Shown one piece after another: positions 21,437 through 34,877 of a stretch of DNA of 64,000 bases. The translations under genes and the position numbers were made by a program. How positions within the stretch are numbered: the stretch's first letter is position 1; each line of letters opens with the position of its first letter. Source of the stretch: Pelagomonas calceolata (taxonomy: Eukaryota); assembly GCA_918797485.1 (NCBI GenBank), contig CAKKNE010000006.1, forward strand, positions 1,860,001 to 1,924,000, written 5' to 3'. A model generated the notes under the pieces. The model searched no databases. It was not told the origin of the DNA and saw only the letters and a program-made list of their open reading frames with translations.

Positions 21437-24400
21437 ATGGGCGAACCGCAGCGAGCCAAAATACTATGACTTTATCCCCTCGATTCAACGTTTTCACAGG
21501 TCAGATGGTCGGGAAGGCGAAGTGGGATCCGAGAGCGCGGATATTTATGAATCTTCCTCCTGGCGCAATCAATGCATTGTGGGAGTCTTTCAACGATGTT
21601 GCAGATGGATTTGGAATAAGTCTATGCGAAATGCAGCTGATTTGCCAGGAGCTCACCACTGAGCTAGAGATCAGTCGATCAGCGCTCAACAAACACGTCC
21701 AGACGCTCTTTAATCAAATCGATTCAGATGAGAATGCACTCGTGGATGGCATTGAGTTTCTCTCAACACTTGCCATGGCGTCGGGAATGTCGTTTCGCGA
21801 TAAATTGGAATTCGCATTCACATGCTTTGATTTTGATGGCGCTGGGCAACTCAGTGTTGACGAAATCACCCTGGCATTTCGCTGCACCCTAATGGGCTTG
21901 AGCAAGCTCACTGGTGAGACCTGCCCCTGCGAAGATGAAGTGGAGCTCGTTGCTATGCGGGCATTTTCATTTGCGAAAATTGACCCAAATAAAAACTCGC
22001 CCAGCATAAAATCTTCTGTCCAGGAGGCCAAGCTCCGAACTCTGGTGAACCTTGGCCTTGTGCCCTTTAGACACCCTATTTTTGTAGGACCTGGTTGCTT
22101 TCTGTCTCTTTGATCCAGTAGCTGTATCATGGCTTGAATTTTTTGATGATCCTGACCCAATGTCTTCTCATAGTGGCGAACTTGAACGTGTGCTTACATG
22201 CCCGCCACATGAATCAATGTTTAAATTGCTGTAGGTCGCATTGATGGTAAATTTAGCGACGACACTAAGCTCCCCATACTCTTAGAATCATTAGACTATA
22301 CCCCGACACTCCAAGATATTGATTACTTTCAAGACGGCTGCTATCCCTCTCCAACTACCGCCGCATTTGCGGCTCTTGAAGGCTCACCCGAGCTAGCTGC
22401 TCACCTAACGGAGGTTTCAGCTAAGTTTCAAAATCCACATGGTGACCCTGAACCATGGGTCAAGTCCGTTGCTTCGTTAACGCCGACTGCGCTTGCAAAT
22501 GCAACCGCAAATCAAAGCTTTCCGGACGCTAGTCTTACGCTCGAATGGGTGCACGGATATCGCGGTGAAGATTGCAGGGGTAATGTGCGATACACGCTGA
22601 CAGGCGAGATCGTTTATCCAGTAGCAAAGCTGGGCATCATCTACTCTCCGCTAGAGCATCGCCAACGGTACATGACAGGTCATACCAATGAAATTGTCAG
22701 TTTAGGTGTGGCTCCCGATGGAGACACGGTGGCTACTGGGGAGGCGGGTGCTCGACCTAATTTGATATGCTGGGATGTAACCTCTTGCAAGCCGCTTTCA
22801 ATCATAGCCGGTCTACATGCTATTGCAATTACGCAAATAGCCTTTTCGCAGTCGGGCGAGCGCCTTGCTTCTATTGGTGGTGATGTAGGACGCACACTCG
22901 TAATATATAACTGGCGCGTTGGTCTTCGGATGTTTTCAGCACGCTCCAATATCTTGGGCTCTATTCTTGGCATGTCATTTGTAGATGATGGCCCAGATTC
23001 AATTGCTGCGTGTGGTATTGGCGAACCTTTTGCTTGTTTCTGGCGACGTGAGGGCGTGAATATCATTCGGCGCCGTGCCGCATTTGGAAGACGAGCTCGA
23101 AGGCAGCCAACCCTTTGCCTCGCCCGGTGTGGCGACGTAGTGCTATCCGGACAGGCATCCGGACACTTGTATGTGTGGCATGGACGTAACTGTGTTCAGG
23201 CTTTCCAGGCACATAGAGGCTCATTGAACGCTGTATATGTGGGCAAGTATGGTGTACTTACCGGAGGAAAAGACGGAAAAGTAAGACAGTGGTCTCATAC
23301 ACTCAATCCTGGTGCCAGTTTTGATTTGTCAGAGCTTGGCATGCACCCAACAATACGATCAGTCTGCTTGTCTAATGATGGAACAAGGCTGCTTGTTGGT
23401 ACCGGAGGAAATGAAATATATGAGCTATCTGCCGTTGATGGGTCGGATGCTCTTGGTGGTCCCGTGACTACCTCCCATTTTGGCAGAGCCATGTGCAGCG
23501 TTGCATGCCATCCTCTGAAACCAGAGTTTGCATCTTGCGGCGGCGACTGTACTGTACGAACGTGGGATATTGTCACCAAATGCCCTGTGCGGACAGCAAA
23601 GCTGGCGGCGCCCGTCGGCTGTATAGCTTACCACCCTAATGGTGATCTCCTTGCGTCAGGCTTCGGCTGCCCAAGTACTGCAAATGAAGCGGGCATGCCG
23701 CAATCGAAAATAGGTGGATTTTGCGTTTTGAATGATAGCGATCTATCTGTTGCATTCGAGGCTAAAGACTCTACACTCCCTCTTGTTGCCAGCCAATTTT
23801 CGCCAGATGGGGAAATCCTTGCATTTGCAAGCGAAGACTCATCTGTCTATTTGTATGCATGTGGAGAAGAGTATGAGTCTATAGGTCAATGTAGACGCCA
23901 TTCGTCACCAGTGCGCTACATTGACTTTTCTAGTGATTCTCGTTGGTTGCGATCTTGCTGTGATGGCGGCCACTTGCATTTTTTCAATGCAAATTCGGCA
24001 CAATACCAAAGTAATCTGAGTGCACTCAAAGACATTCGCTGGGCAAGTGAAACATGTCTCTATGGTTATGGTGTGGCTGGATCATATATTGCGGCCAAGC
24101 AAGATGGCGCCATACTCACAGCCTGCGCGCGAGCTCAGGGTGATAATCCTGAAGGACCAGAAACAGGTGGCGGGTTCATCTTGGTTGGTGACTCCTACGG
24201 GCGAATTAGGCTTACACGTTTCCCGTCAAGGCACGATGCAGCGTTTCTTGAATGGCGTGGGCATGCCGGTTCTGTGGTAGCTATGAGCTTGGACTCTGAT
24301 GAAACTCATCTGTTGACTGGCGGTCGCGACGATCGCTGTGTCATGCAGTGGGCTCTGGGAGAAGACGAACGTGGACTGGAAGACGCTGATGATAGAGATG

Positions 24401-27400
24401 AGGATGAAGTAGAAGATTATGCTCCTGAGTTGCGAGACTGTGGTGATTTTCAACGCCACGAGGACGTTGAGACTGCCGTCGACCTCATTAATGAGCGTCC
24501 ATTAGCTGCTGAACTTAGGATGTGCAATGAGGTAGAGCAAACACTCGAGTTGGCTGGGAATGCAGAAAGTAACAGTTTAATACCACCCTACTCGCATGAT
24601 CCGTGGTTTCTTGGAATATCAATGCCTCCATCGCAACAATCAGAGCTTCATATGGGAGCTGCGCCCACTGACGCTGTAATTCTGTCGCGGGTTTTTGGCT
24701 ACAGCTGTGAGGCAAGCCGAAATAACGCAAAGTACACCGCGTGTGGTGCTGTGGTATACCCAGCTGGGGCTACTGTAGTTCGTGTGGATGTTGGAAGCGG
24801 TGGGCAATCTTTTGGTACTTTTCATGCCGGCTCTGAAATTTGTGCTCTTGCCATATCAAAAGACAGATTAATGTTGGCAACGTCAGATATTTCCGCAGAG
24901 CCGAAAATTGCTCTATGGGTGGCGTTAAATGTTGCAGAAGGGCCAAGCAGAGTAATACGCGGTCCGCATTTGAATGCCATTACACTCCTTGCATTCGATG
25001 ACGACAAAGGGAAGACCCTAGTAAGTTTAGGGGCAGATGACCGTCACATGGTCGCTGTCCATGACGTGACATCGGGTTATCTACTGTTTATGTCTTCTAC
25101 TACTTGTCGCAAGCCCTTTGATGTGGCCTTTGGTAACTTTGGAAGCGAAATAGTCATCGTTGGTATCAAGTATGTCCTTTTTTTTACATTTCTTGCCAAC
25201 CATGCCGCCACGAGACATGCTTCTGCATCTTTTGGAAGGATTGGTCGACTAGGTACGATTCAAAGCTACCTCAGCTGCGCATATCTTCCTAATGCCACTT
25301 GTGTCGTTGGTACTGCCGACGGTCATCTCTATGTGTTTGAGGGTTCTTCCCGTGAGCTTGCAAAATCTATAAAAGCCCACGACGGATTTATATATTCCAT
25401 GGATGCACCTTGGCATCGTGCGGAGCAGGTACGCGCAATTGTGCTAGTCACTGGGGCTCGTGATGGGGACGTCAAACTCTGGAACGGTGCCCTTGAAATT
25501 ATTTCCAAATTTGACAATCGGGGTGCTGGTCCGATTCGCTCGGTGTTTACTTCCGCAGATTCATCTAGAATTCTGGTCGGTTCTCAAGCAGCTGCACAAC
25601 TAAGAGAATTCAGAACCTCTGATGGTGTTCCTACGTCGGTGGCTCTTGCCGGTGGTGGCGCTGCAGCTGGCGAATTATGGGGACTAGCCCCACATCCGGT
25701 AGAGAAATGTGTGGCAACTGCCTCCGACGATGGTGCATTGGCAGTTTGGAACATCGAGGCACCTGATGTCCGAGATGCACGAAGATATTTGACGATGCTG
25801 GCCGGCGCTTGTCGAGCTCTGGCATACTCTCCCGATGGAAAACTGATTGCATCATGTCTAGGTGGTCCGAGACAGGAGGCAATGACCTTGGACTGGGCTA
25901 GGAAGCGCAGGGATTTCTTGGATGATGAAGCAACAAAGAAAGTGAGAGGCGATGTTGACACTTCATTCAAATTTGCAAGTGCTAAAGTTGATGGAACATT
26001 GCAGCTCATTCGGTCAGGCACTGGAGCTCTAGTACACGAGTTCACAGATGCGCACGAGTGGCTACGTGAAGTTAGATTTTCACCTGATGGTCAAACTCTT
26101 GTTGCTGGTGGCACAGACGGAAGGGTACATGTTTATCTATCAGATGAACACGGACAGTTTTCATGCACGACCTCCATGGTGCTTTCAAATGGTGCTGCTA
26201 TCTGCGCTATTGATTTCACCGTTGACGGTCGGCACATACAAGTTGCAGATGAAGCTCGTACATTAGTCTATGGTGATCTTCGTGTTGGGGTCAGTGTAAC
26301 TGACCCTTCAACTTTACAAAATGCCAGATGGGCAACCTTCAGCTGTCTTTTTGGCTGGGCAACCGTCGGGGTACATGCTGTTCTGGCAAATCCAGAGGGT
26401 GGGGGGTACGAGACTAGTAGTATTGACGTTCACGGAGACAATAAAACAGTTCTCAGCTTAGTATGCCTTGCCCGCTCAAATTCAGCCAAAGTAGTCGCAG
26501 TAGGTGATCACCATGGAGTTCTACGGCTACTGCAGTACCCAGCTACAAGTGCGACTGAATCTTCTGCTGAAAGAGTTGGAGTTGCTCACGTGGGGACGTT
26601 GCGCCGTCTGGCTTGGACTGACCATGACTCACACCTTGTCACAGTCGGTGGCTTAGACCGGAACATCTGCATTTGGCGCTTTGTACCCGATTCAGCAGAT
26701 TCAATCTATAATTATACCATTGGAGCTAATCAGACTGCTCAAGATTATGATGACGCAATAGATGCTGATGGTGGACGTGCTATGGCCACTGCCATTGAGC
26801 GTGCATTTAAAGCAACTGTCTACCATTTCGACGCTAAAAGGAAGTCGCCGAGAGCTCGAGATGATAAACAACACAACATCACCGCTTGGATGTCGGTGTT
26901 AACTCCACCTTCAAATCTCGAAGATGAAAATCCAGCATTACCACAGATTTTGGTGACCTTGGATTGCGCACATGGCCAAAGATCTGATGATATTAGGGGG
27001 TGTGCTGCATATAACTCACAGGGCGGAATTGTGTATGCTTGTGGTGGGTTAGGAGTCGTATATGATGCCAGGACACATTCACAATGCTTTCATTTCCATC
27101 ATCACAAGGGAGGTGCTCCAGATTTTGACATCTCAGAGAAAGGGGATATCAAGAAGAGTGCCTTAGCTGACATATGCTCATTAGCCATTACTGTTGATGG
27201 GCATTTTGCTGCATCTGGAGATCAAGGGAAATTCCCACGTGTTCGGGTTTGGGATGCCTTGACTGGAAACACAATTTCTGTTCTTCCAAGACATCTGCGG
27301 TGTGGTGTGCTGTTACTTTCGTTTTCAAAAAATGGTCGGCATCTGGCGGCTATCGGTGGCGATAAGGATCATTCATACTCACTATATGTGACTAGATCAG

Positions 27401-29178
27401 GGGGATGGGAGGATGGAACTAGAGTTGCTGTAGGGTCTGGCATGCGATCTCGTGTACACTGTGCAGCATTTGTGGGTTATACCAGTTATCCGCTGTTTGT
27501 TGGTGCGTGTGATACTGTAGAGTTTATACGTCTAGCCGCAGCAGGCGGCATACGGCGACAACGCGGTGAATTTAACGAACAAAGATGTCCAAAGATGGCC
27601 ATTTTGTGTGTTGTGCGGGGACACCCGGTGAGTACCGATATTGGATGTGGGGTTGAAAACAACGGCCTTGATACCAATTTTGATTCTTTTGCTTTAACGG
27701 GAACTGGCGCTGGCTCATTATATTTGTGGATAGGCAAGGAAGTTGGTGAACACGTGCCAAATGCACATAATGGACCAGTTTATGCAATTGCAAAAACCCA
27801 AAAAAGAATTATGTACGCAACAGCCGGGCGTGATGGGGTTGTGAAGACATGGAACAATCGTTTGCAAACACTCCAAAGTTTTGAGCTTGCAAACATGAAG
27901 ATCTCGATATTAATTCCAATTGCTGCATCGTTGTGCTTTGGTGGTCAACATGAAACCAGACTCCTGTTTATTACACGATCTGGCGAAATGTGTGAGCTTG
28001 CGACCTCTTTTGGCTGCGCAGTACTTTTGACCGAAGCACATGCTCGCCGCAAGAAGCAGGCAACAGAAGCTCAGGGCCTTGACGTGAACCCAGAAAGCAG
28101 TGATGTTTATGCAACTAGTGGAGATGATGGTTCGGTGCGCATTTGGTCGTGTCTGTTGAAACGTTGTGTAATGCGTGCATCTCCAGACACTTTTGGTGGT
28201 GCTGCTGCGCGCTGTTGCTCCTGGGCTCCTAATGGTGTTCAGCTCGCTGTTGGTCTTGGTGGTGACCCTATGGACAAGGCCAGAGATGGAACTTTGGTGA
28301 TGCTACGAATTCAAGCTGGAGTCGCCAGACAGCGTCTTTGCCATATAGCGGGCACTAAATTTCTTCTTACAGTGTGTGCTACCTGAGATACTTGCTGAAA
28401 TTCGCAAATCCAAGGCTCCTCTAGTTGATATTAAATGGTGCCATGATGGTGACTTTTTTCTTGTTGCATCTGAGGATGGACGCGTTCTACATCACGCGGA
28501 GTCCAGTGGTTCATCCTTAGATGTCGAGATGGTATGTACTATAGGTATACATTCACAATGCCCACGACTGCACTCTGAGGACGATTTGTGCCAATGCCGG
28601 AGCCCCCTTGACATCGATCGACATGAGTGTTGATGCTAGCCATTTCCAAGTGGCCACCTGCACTAATGAACTACAGTTTTACACCATAGCTGACGGTACT
28701 CGAGTTCTATCTCCCGCAGCTGTACGCGACAAGAAATGGGCAACCATCACAGTGCCAATTGGCTGGAGCGTCCAAGGCTGCTGGAAACCAGATGCTGATA
28801 GATCTGTAGAGCTCTTAGCAGCTAACAGCTTGGAAGAGTCGGCAAGAATTCCCAGCTCCATTCAATTTGCAAATAATACGAGATATCTGGCCACCCCCCA
28901 TGTCACTTCCGTTCATCGCTCACCCGATCTGAAATATCTGGCTAAGGGATGCATTGATGGCAGTGTCGCTGTTTACAACTACCCAACCCACGCCCCTGGA
29001 ATGTCCATGATAAAGGTTCTTGACGCCAGATTCGTTATCCTTACTGGTGCTGCTTTAGGTTCCTGGCCATGGTTCAAGCATTGCTAAGGTCAGGTTCACA
29101 AGTGACGGCAAGTATTTAATTGCCCTCGGAAGATTCAATCGCACGATCACGCAATATAAAATTCAACAGCTGGGTTAA
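21437..29178 (+). CDS. EF-hand + EML5/6-like (HELP/WD40 TAPE repeats) microtubule-associated protein
   Basis: EF loops DSDENALVDGIE and DFDGAGQLSVDE; three HELP motifs (LEWVHGYRGEDCRGN, LSRVFGYSCEASRNN, LDCAHGQRSDDIRG) and many WD repeats. Introns 22045-22087, 22188-22234, 28321-28372, 28484-28544, 29016-29058; possible GC intron 21441-21499. Confidence 0.88.
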
Positions 29179-29482
29179 ACTGTGAATCTCATTAATGCAA
29201 CATCTGCAAATGTTGCCCATCTTTCTCTCAGACTGCAAGCATATATGGCTAAGGAAAGTTCATAGCTTGCCCAGGTTAAGGGAGGGGGATCGCGCAGATA
29301 CCGCTTGCTGGGGAACTTGGTCTCCTGAGGGCCCTCCAGTCAAGTGACAGCGGCGTGCAAGCTCTATAGAAAGGGGTTCAGGCAAGGGGTTTGGGATTCT
29401 TTTGTAATAACCCCACTGGCATAAAATATCTAATCGCTCTCAGAAGAATCAGAAGCATCGCACCCGTCGGCGGGCCCGGGGG

Positions 29483-30414
29483 TTGCGGAACACCACCACT
29501 AATAGCGAGGTCTGGTCGTCGTCTTGTCCGGAAAGCCAATATCACGACATCGCGGTCGCGTTGAATATCATCTACCGGCGCCTGCTCGGCGTGGAAGCGA
29601 AAACGGCTTCGGTCGCCGTCTGGCACGAACTGGGCGTCGCGTCCGTCGCAACTCGAATAAACGCCGCGGCGTTGAAATTCCGCAACAACATCTTGTCGTT
29701 GGACCCTCGGGATTTCCTCGTTCGCCGCGTATACGACGGCCTGATGAATGATTCTAAAGGTCGCGGTCGTCGAAGAACGGAGCTTTGTTCCTTGAAAATC
29801 TGGCGTTAGAAGCGAATTGGCCCGGGCCTCTGAAAAAACCGGCCGCGAAAAAGTTCGTCAATGAATTCGTCGCATCGCGCCGAGTTTCCGAGCTCGCCGA
29901 TGGCTTCAAGGAAATGTCGACTCTCCGCAACATGGGCAATTGGGTCGAGAAGGAACGTTTCGGCTTGCCGGAATATTTACTCAGAGCGTGCCCCGGGTCT
30001 CTTCGGGAAGGGCGGAGATTGAAGACGAAGTTCCGATTGGGTTGCCACGACCTCCGGAGTTCGAGCAGCCGAACGCAGCTTGTTCGTAACGCGCAATGCC
30101 CTTGTTGTGAATCTCGCGAGTCGGAAACAATCCAACACACGTTGTTTGAATGCGAGGCCTTTGAGGAAGAACGGCAGGCATTTCTTGCGAGATTATACTC
30201 GGTTTGCCCCTCGGCACGGCGATTGACCGATGTGGGCCGATGTCGCTTGGTCATGGGGGACGAGTTACCCCGGGAGATCGAAAATCCGTTGTATAGATAC
30301 CTTATTGCTATTTCGAGGCTCCGGTTGGGCATCCTGACCGAGCAGGGAGAAGGCTCCTAGGAGCTTGTTCCTTTTTTAGGTCTTCCTTAATTTATTTATT
30401 TATTTATTTATTTA
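29483..30414 (+). mobile_element. 5'-truncated non-LTR retrotransposon (LINE) fragment with frameshift and (TTTA)n tail
   Basis: ORF2 C-terminal motifs VAVWHELG, KFRLGCHDL and a CCHC knuckle (CPCCESRESETIQHTLFEC), split over two frames near 29785. TTTA tail 30391-30414. Confidence 0.85.
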
Positions 30415-30530
30415 AGCCGAGCCGGACCCCGGAAATTCCCTAGCAGCCCTATATAGATATGGAACGATGGGAAATAATTAGTGGCGAATTAGAGGCCGAT
30501 TTATCCCGTCCGTTGGAGCGGGTTTCGGGC

Positions 30531-30679
30531 GGGTTTTATCTCGGACCATCGCACCGCGTAGCAGCTGATTTTTCAGCGTGAGGCTGCCCGCACAGTACCA
30601 AAATGCGCACAGCCCATTATTTTAGCATACGGAACCTGCGCCTCAGCAAAAATTTGCCGCCATTCGGTCGGTGTGTGGC
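30531..30679 (+). repeat. Dispersed ~150-bp repeat family, copy B
   Basis: Direct homology to 19962-20111. Confidence 0.85.
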
Positions 30680-31598
30680 GCTTTGCTTCGGCAAAGTTTA
30701 ACGCTTCAAGTTTGCACAGCAAAGTCGAACGTTAGTCATCAAACACATCAAGTAGCCTAGCTTCGGGTCTAACTTGAAGTTGCCCTCAAGTAGACTACGC
30801 GTGCACTGGCATCATGAGCGGCCACTACTGCGCCTTCCCACGGATTGATCTAGGCGCAACTCTTGCTTTCGAGGCTTTGGGGGGGACTTCACGGATCCTG
30901 AGGCCGATGGGTTTTACGGGGAGCGGGATTGGGTCGCGGGAGCCTCCAAAGACGGCAAAAATCTAGTGAGTTGTAGCTAGCCGTCGGAGCGTCCTCTCGC
31001 CCGCCTTTAATCGGCGCCCGTCGGGCTAAAAGGCTGCCCCCACAGCCCTGCGCGTGGCCTGGCATACGTTGCGTCGCGACTAAAGCCGGGAGCAGCTTGA
31101 CGTAGCGACACGCCGCCAAAAACAAGCACTTAGCAGCGTGGCGGTGGAGAACGCCAAAGACGGCGTCGTTCGCCATCGCGGGTGGTCGAAAAACGTGCCC
31201 CGACCAGCGCGTGGGCTTTGAGCGGCCTAATGCCGTCCTGGCGTTGCAACCGAGTCCGCATTGGCCCGAACAAGTTCCCGCCCGAGATTGCCATCGACGC
31301 GCCGACGGCCAACATCGCGGCGTCACGATGCCGGGGATGCTTTTCAGGCCACTACGAACATATCGGAGGCGCCTGGGATCATCACCGACCGCGCGTGGTC
31401 CCATTCCCAAAACGCGTAAAAAAAACGTGGCCGTCTACCGCCTATAGCTTCGCACCACCCGATCCGTTTGTTCCCATTCAAGTACCAACTCCGACTTATT
31501 TGGGTCCCTCTAGAGGATGGTCAAGATGGCAGGGGGTCCCCGGACGATACTACGGGAATCCGTTTTGCTTGTCTGGGGCTAATCATGGGCCCCATGCG

Positions 31599-31972
31599 GC
31601 CATTAACCTGTTAATTACCCGTTATTAACCTATAATTACCCCTCGGAGGGGATCCGGGGTTAATAACCCGCTCAATAACCCGACGGGTTTTCGACTAAAC
31701 CCGTTTAGTGAGTTTAGCGAAAGACCCCTCCGGGCGAGCGGATGGGCGCAAGCAGCCCGTTGGGCTTTTGGATACGTACAGGTGCGCCAGGGCAAGTACC
31801 AAGTCATGTGGCCCGGCGCGGCCCAGGCCCGCGCCAGTGGCCCGTGAGGCCCCCTCCCCTACCCCTCTATAAGATCCCGGGGTTAATAACCCATACTAAC
31901 GGGTAATTACCCGGGTTACTGACCCCGGGCCACGATTGGGGTTAATCACCCCTCGGGTAAATGCCAACCTAG
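31599..31972. mobile_element. MITE copy 2 (left TIR tip missing)
   Basis: Identical to 17893-18266 except one substitution seen (GTTAATCACC vs GTTAATAACC). Flanked by GGGCCCC on both sides. Confidence 0.88.
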
Positions 31973-32392
31973 GGGCCCCCATGGGAGACCCCAGTGGGTA
32001 ATCCGCGACTGCGTCGCGCCAAACTTGAAAGTGACCTCTCTCCACTAGTTCACCCCCGCACAAAACGCTATTATTAACGTCATCGTAAAACGTTTGAATT
32101 GGGTTTCCTTTTCCTACTTCTTTTCCTGTGCCTCAACGCAAATTGCGGCCTCCGGCGTATATCGCGGCCTCAGGTGTCCTTTTCCTTTTTGGTGCGCGTA
32201 GGCCAGACATACTTTTAGTAGTCGTCCGGCACCGTAACTAATGCTTCGCAATTCCTACCCTGAGTTTCCACACATTTCACACTCGCCACTTAGCCGTTTG
32301 CGCGACACCCACACATTTAACACTCGGCGTCGACTAGGCTCCAAAATCGACCGTGCAAAATCTTTGTTCTGTCAGGGCCCAGGCCTGTTCGC

Positions 32393-34877
32393 TTAGGCCA
32401 AGTAAACATAGAGACGCGCATCACTCGCATTGCGTTCAAGGTACTCACGCTCGAGAAGCGATTCAATGCACTTTTTAATAAATTGAGGTTGAGGGTGAAA
32501 TCGTTGACTGAGTTGACGTGTAACCTAATGGGTGCGTAATATCTCTACAAAGTTTCATATAAAGTAATTAACCTCTGCAATTAGGTCGTTGTGTTGGGCT
32601 TGCTTGCGGGCTTTCATGATGCGAACTACAGTGGCTTCGCAGAGATGACGACGGTCTTCCTCTATGGCTGCAGGGACACTATGACTTGAATTTGGGTGGG
32701 TACTTAACTCTTTCATGGCAACCAGGGGCACACGGACCCGCCTGAGCTTGGATGCGAATGAGTTATTTACCCTGAGTTTGTCATTACTAGAAAATCCTTT
32801 CCCCTTCGATCTTTTCAGAAGAATTCGGTATTTTGGAGTGCAGAGAGATATGAGATGGCGCCTGAGGTCGTTGTGTGGAATCTTGGTTGCATCTGTAATA
32901 CTTTGCATAGTAAGCTCTTCACCAAAATCTAGTGCATTGAAGAGAATAAGGATGCACATTTGATAGGTGGAAACTGTAAGTTCGTGCTTTGCTACGTCCG
33001 AGAAAATGGCTTTTAGTTCAGCTGTTCCGGAGCTTGTGAGCCAAGTCAGTTTGCGGCCAGTGTGCTGTTTTAGGTAGAAATTTTTAAAACTTTCAGAAGC
33101 GGAGGCGGCAACATCTGGAACGACGCACGGAATTGCAGGATGAATTGGCCAGTACCCGGCAGTAAGCATTGTTACGTCTATATCACACGAAGCAGCACGT
33201 GCTGTCTTTACATCCACTTCATTCATTTTTTTTTCATCCCGATGGGTATTATATTTTTCCATGGCCCCCCTCGAAAATCTTATGTCCGTAATCATCCCTT
33301 CAAGCTTTGTGGTGTACTGGTAACCACATTCGCGTTTTAGCTTGACAAGCATTTGCCGCTCTGCTTCTGAAGATATTGACCTCTGATTAAGAAGCCTCTT
33401 TGCGAGATACTGCTTATAGAGTACTTCAAAAACATCTTTATCGTGAAGGTAGCGAAAAATTATAATAACCTTTTCCAACTCACATTCCACTTCTCCCTCT
33501 GCAGCACCCTTCAACCCAGACCTCATGAGCTCATCTATATAAGCCACGAGAGAAGACGCGCAGCGAGTGTCCGCATTGATAACAGACTCGAAAGCTTCTT
33601 TTACCTTCTTTTGGGCAATGTTTTCGCCCCGAAAGGCGTTTCGCACCACATTATCATACTTTTCGCGAAGTGCAAGCAGGCTGCGTAAAAGAACGACGGG
33701 ATCTTTCATCTCGTCATTCAACAGAAGCTGCCCTGCTGCTCTGACATGCTCATGAAGAGCAGACCGCAGCAGATCCAGGGTTGCTGGGACTTGAAAACAC
33801 AGAGCATACATTCGTGTGATATCAGCCATTTTTTCTTCACTCTGCCTCAGAAGATCACAAAACCCAGACTTCTTAGATTCAATCAGGGCTGGAGTATGTG
33901 CAGAGATGAGTTCGGTCTCCACAATATGACGGAGCTTCGGTCTTGTATTGGCGTGCAAGTAATTTGGTACCCTTTGCATCTCTTCGCATATTCTAGACTC
34001 CACCTTTTTGAGATAGTCAGGGCATGTGTTTTGAGATAGAAAAAGGTGAGATTCACTTCGATAAAATTGACATGTTTCTTTGAGAAAATAAACTTCGAAT
34101 TCCTCTTCATAGACATTACTACTGTCTATACCTAGTTCACTAAGCATATAAAGTGCACATTTCATGCAATTATGATCGATCAGGCGGCCGAGTCGTTCAT
34201 CACGTATATTTTCCAAAAGTAGCTTCCTTAGTCGGTCTCGCACTTGGCCATGCCGGGCTATGGTCTCTCGGAAGGCCCATAGCCCCAGATCATACACTGC
34301 CATTTTTTTGTTTTGTGGTACGTACCTAAGATATTGGTTATGGAGGAGTTGAGAAGACACGGAGCCAAGCGTTCTGTCCATGTACATCAATATATCTCTC
34401 ACCATTATCATTGTGACTTGATGCTGTTTCCACTGCTCGCATACCTCCTGTAAAAGCTGATTATCGGGGCAGACAGCTACTTGTTCAGCCACCTGCCAAT
34501 CAAACATACACTTACTTATGTTTCCTGACGTAAACAGACATACCGAGCGCAAGCGTGTATAAACTGTGTCTTGCACGCCTTCATATAGCATATCCCCGTG
34601 CTTGTGTAGGACCAGATTGTAAGCATTCCTATCATATAACGTCAGTAAGAGAAGTGTGCCAGAATACTCACCTGTACAACTCTTCGAAAGACAGCAATGA
34701 AGCATTTTTGTTGTAGATTTCAGTCACTGCTGAAGACAACGATTTCCAAATATTTTGGGCTTGCTCCTTATCCATTTGACAATGAGCGCGAAAAGGCCTG
34801 AGATTTACGGGCTGAGTGAATAGCAGAACAGTAGCGGTCGCGTACTTTATTACAAATTTTTTCGGAACCGTCGACAT
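32393..34877 (-). CDS. CUL3: Cullin-3
   Basis: MSTVPKKFVIK|PFR, LSFEELYR|NAYNLVLHKHG, YMDRT|YVP, neddylation motif VRIMKARK, EREYLERN. Introns 34798-34845, 34629-34671, 34493-34543, 34326-34370 (GC-AG), 32525-32572. Confidence 0.96.

Noticed and set aside
22680..27793. Numerous antisense ORFs inside EML, CUL3, kinase, RPN2 and calpain genes
   Set aside because: Shadow ORFs of long coding sequences with no independent motifs.
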